From: Mobula hypostoma
Taxonomy: Eukaryota
Length of the DNA: 64,000 nucleotides
Reading direction: 5' to 3'
Assembly: GCF_963921235.1 (NCBI RefSeq)
Contig: NC_086109.1
Coordinates: 24,864,001-24,928,000, forward strand
Below, one piece after another: positions 60,500 through 64,000 of this stretch (the stretch's first letter is position 1; each line of letters opens with the position of its first letter). Position numbers and translations under genes: made by a program. The notes under the pieces are model-generated. The model did not search any database, was not told the origin of the DNA, and saw only the letters and a list, made by a program, of their open reading frames with translations.

Positions 60500-61760
60500 A
60501 TTAAAATAACTCATTGTAGTTTTGGTCCCTGTTTTGGATAATGCCTTATGTGATTAGTTTGTATAGAGAATGGTCGGTAAACAAATTTTGTCAAAGCTAC
60601 AGGGAAAACAAGACCTGACACTTGAACATGCTGGTGAAAAAATGTTGATGAAGTGGTATCCAAGAATGTCAGAGGAGTCTTGTCCACCTCAAGTGTAGTT
60701 GCAACCCTTAGTTGGAGAGCAACGGCAAAATCCAAAGCCATAATGCTGAATTCAAAGCATCCTGGTGAGACCACATCAGCCATACAGTATTGTTACAATG
60801 GTCATCACTTAAGAGATCTTTGCCAACTTAGAACAAACAAGTCTTTCAGTTGTCAATGCACTTCAACACTTAAAACTGAGACAACCAACAAAATAAATCA
60901 TACTGGCAATTCCAAAATTACAGCAGCATGGATGAATTATAGTTTGAATTCTTTGAGTGAACAACAGACCAGGATCATTTAACCTCCATTCTATGAACAA
61001 TACTGTGGCCAAGCAATTTCAAGGAAAAGTGCTGAATAGAAACCAATGCATTGATAAATTGATTCTGTTGCAGACTTTTAGGTCTTAATTCAGATTAGTT
61101 CAAGTTTAATCAATTACTGTTGATAAAAGGCAAAGCAAACTCTGATGATATTTCACAGATCTGAGAGCAAACAGGATGCACCGCCCAACAGAATGCTTAA
61201 TGAGTGCAACTGGCTTTCTTTCCAGCAAACAATAGAAGCATCCAATTTTAATGAGGAGTGATTGGCAGAGACAACTTCACACTGACTGGAAGAATCTTTT
61301 CAGCGTTCAGAGTTGCACCATGGTCAAAGACAGCTTCACTGGCTTAACAGGGTGTAACGTGCACATTTGCATCGAATCAGATCCAAAGTCAGTCTATTAC
61401 AAGCCCAGGCCAGTCCCCCATGGTTTTGAAGAGTCAAGTTAAAAAGAAAATGGATAGTTTAGAAGCAATGATGTGCTTGTGAGAACCAACCAAAACGAGT
61501 AGTTGAGCCTAAGGCAGACAAAACTATGCAGCTATGTGGAGACTACAAAGTCACAATAAATCAAGCCACAGATGTCAAGCCACATTCACTAAGCACTTTG
61601 TAAGACTTGTACACAGAGTTAGCCGGATCAAAGGTATGCACAACATTAGATCTCTGTCATGCCTACACAGAATACAATGTCATCAGAAATAGCCAGCAGT
61701 ACCTGACCACAAACATGCACAAAGGGCTCAGCTCGTGCAACAATATTACCTTACAAATCA
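60500..61760 (+). mobile_element. Degraded Gypsy-like LTR retrotransposon gag-pol
   Basis: DLTLEHA (gag-like), YYKPRPVP, LCGDYKVTINQ, DLYTELAGSKVCTTLDLCHAY, YLTTNMHKGL (RT). Confidence 0.75.
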
Positions 61761-63124
61761 AACCTTCGGCAGAGCTTTTTCCAGGCCAGACCTCAGGAGG
61801 TGAAGTACCTAATCCATGCTAATATGAAAAACAAACAGATCTTCTTTGAGTTTAAATCCAGTCCAAAAGTGTGTATAACATTAAAACCTGTGAAGGAATC
61901 AAGAAGACTCCAAAAACTAATTACCAGATGATATTATAGTGTGTGCTTATGAAAGTGCTTTATTTATTTTTTACTTTTCACTCACTGGTAATTTGAACAG
62001 GAGCAGATTGTAATGTATTTTTATGTATGGAACCTGTTGTTCCCTCTATCCATGTGTGTGCTTATACTGCAGGTTTTGTGTTCTCCTGGTCTCGTGTTCT
62101 CAGTGTGACTTTTAAAATTTATACAATTTGTCTTCTGTTGCATATTGGTTGTTGTCAGTCTTTGTCTATTTATATTTTTTCATAAATTCTACTGTATTTC
62201 TTTGCTTACCTGTAAATGCCTGCAAGAAAAAAAGCTCAAGGTAGTTGATGGTAACCTGTACATACTTTGATAATAAATTTACTTTAACATTGACTTTTGA
62301 CTTCTTGGCTGCATAAGTTGTTTGCTTCACCAATAAAGTAACAATTTCACAGACATTGTATTGTTCCAGGAACTTTGAACCTCAACATGCAAATAGTTAA
62401 GGTGCTATTCTGCAAAAAAAACCTCTTTGGGTGTGTATGCTAAATTATTATAGTAAAGAAAGAGGCTATTCAGCCCATTAAATCTATGTTGGCTCCTGTA
62501 TTTTCCTGTAATTACTGTAATGTCCCTCTTTCACCTGCCCATCAACATCTCTTTCACACACTTACCATGATCTACATTAGGAACTATTCATAGTAACCAA
62601 TTAATCTACCCACGCAATTTTGGGATGTGGCAGTACACTGGAACAATAGGAGGTCACAGGGAGAATGGGCAAACTTTTGGTCAAGATGGCGCCCAGGTCA
62701 CTGGAGACAGTAGCAATAATGACTATGTCTCTGTGGCATAACTCCATTCATTCAGAAGTTGTTACAGGACCTCCCACCCCACTCATTCCAGCAGCATCCC
62801 ACCCCCTCGTGTCTCTGCTGTAAGTATCAAACCCCAGAGACAACTATAGATAGGAATCCTTTCCAGATTGAAACTGGTCATTCAAAGTGAGAGCAAGCAA
62901 GATTGAAATGAAAGAGATAAAAAAAGAGAGCATGGACTTGCCAGACAATGAGAATTGGCTTGACAGGGCAAATAGTAGAACAGCTAGTGTCTGCAATTGC
63001 TTGTATTTTTGGGATAAATACTGGAAAACATTTCCCCTAGATTCAAGAAAAAACAAAGGCAATTATAATGCCAAGTGGTCAGTGTGGTGTGGCTTTAGTG
63101 TTGCTATGTTGATATAGAGATTAT

Positions 63125-63545
63125 GGTTGTGGAGACTGACTCAGGGGAAGTAGTTGTTCTTAACCTGGTGGAGTGGGATGTCAGGCTTCTGTACCACCTG
63201 TCTGCTGGTAGATGCAAGAAGATGGCAAGGCACAGATGACGAGTATCATTGATGATAGGTGTTGCCTTCTTGAGGCAGCACTTCACGTAGATATGTCTGC
63301 TGGTGGAGACGGATGTGCCCGAGAATTATTCCGGTGAGTCCACCACTACTCTCTGCAGCTTCTTATATCACTGCTCATTCAAATTGATGCACCAGACCAC
63401 AATGCAACCAGTTCAGATACTTTCATCAGTACATCGGCAGAAGTATGTTCGAGTGTTTGGCAAGTCACCTCCTTAAACATCTAAGAAATCAAAGACACTG
63501 GAGTGCCATCCTTATGATTGTACGTATGCGCAGGGCCCATGATCT
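63125..63545 (-). mobile_element. Rex1/Babar-like fragment
   Basis: CCLKKATPIINDTRH...RWYRSLTSHSTRLR. Confidence 0.65.
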
Positions 63546-64000
63546 TGAAGGGCAAGACAACAGTGGAGGGTAATGAAATGGTAAATGATAACAGAGCCAG
63601 TCAAGAAGGATTAGATTCTACAGTATACAATCCCATATACCTGTGATGTAAGACGCCCACTGACAAAGGCAGTCTGTGATCCATTTGAGTTGACATCACA
63701 CAGAATTATCTACTGTATGAAGCTTAAGTTTAAAAGTGAGGTAGCAGATATAAGTTATAAGCAGTTTAAAATTACATAGCAGAATGTATCCAATTAGAGT
63801 CAGTGCAGGGAAAAATATTAAAAAGAGACAAAATTGAAGCAGCACTCTGAAGTTGATAGATGAATTAATAGCACAGGTAGAAATAAATGAGTACAATTTA
63901 ATACCCATTGCCAAGATTTGGTTTCAAAATGACGAAGGCTGGAAATTAAATATACTAGGAACTTTCAAAAACAGGAGGCAAGATGGAAAAGGGAGAGGGG

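Noticed and set aside
63737..63758. tgaggtagcaga, a let-7-like 5' end
   Set aside because: Diverges after the seed and has no complementary arm for a precursor
1..64000. Most ORFs in the supplied track as host genes
   Set aside because: Short, and either TE-derived, antisense to TEs or low-complexity; I could not build a coherent multi-exon host protein

Overview
Eukaryotic, repeat-rich, mostly non-coding DNA (large intron or intergenic). The repeat inventory looks like a cartilaginous fish, probably a batoid (ray); this is from recall of family sequences, not a database search. It includes HE1/V-SINE-like tRNA SINEs, CR1 LINEs, Rex1/Babar 3' ends, DeuSINE-like SINEs and many Penelope-like (PLE) ends. 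I could not identify any host protein-coding gene. Recognisable ORFs are transposon-derived: CR1 and L2 RT, PLE RT/GIY-YIG, Tc1 DDE, Gypsy gag-pol, and R4/Dong and Hero restriction-like endonucleases. Four things stand out. (1) PLE termini carry a minimal type I hammerhead ribozyme motif and recur as 100-250 bp fold-back insertions with 13-16 bp target-site duplications, often folding at or near the ribozyme. (2) In unique DNA, a long-range inverted repeat (12605-12695 / 13518-13591) covers the donor of a candidate stop-containing exon and encloses a near-perfect 25-bp hairpin. (3) An arthropod-like R4/Dong fragment sits in an (ATT)n tract. (4) Several repeat-free blocks look like conserved enhancers. 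Repeat boundaries are approximate, about +/-10-30 bp unless a TSD is given.
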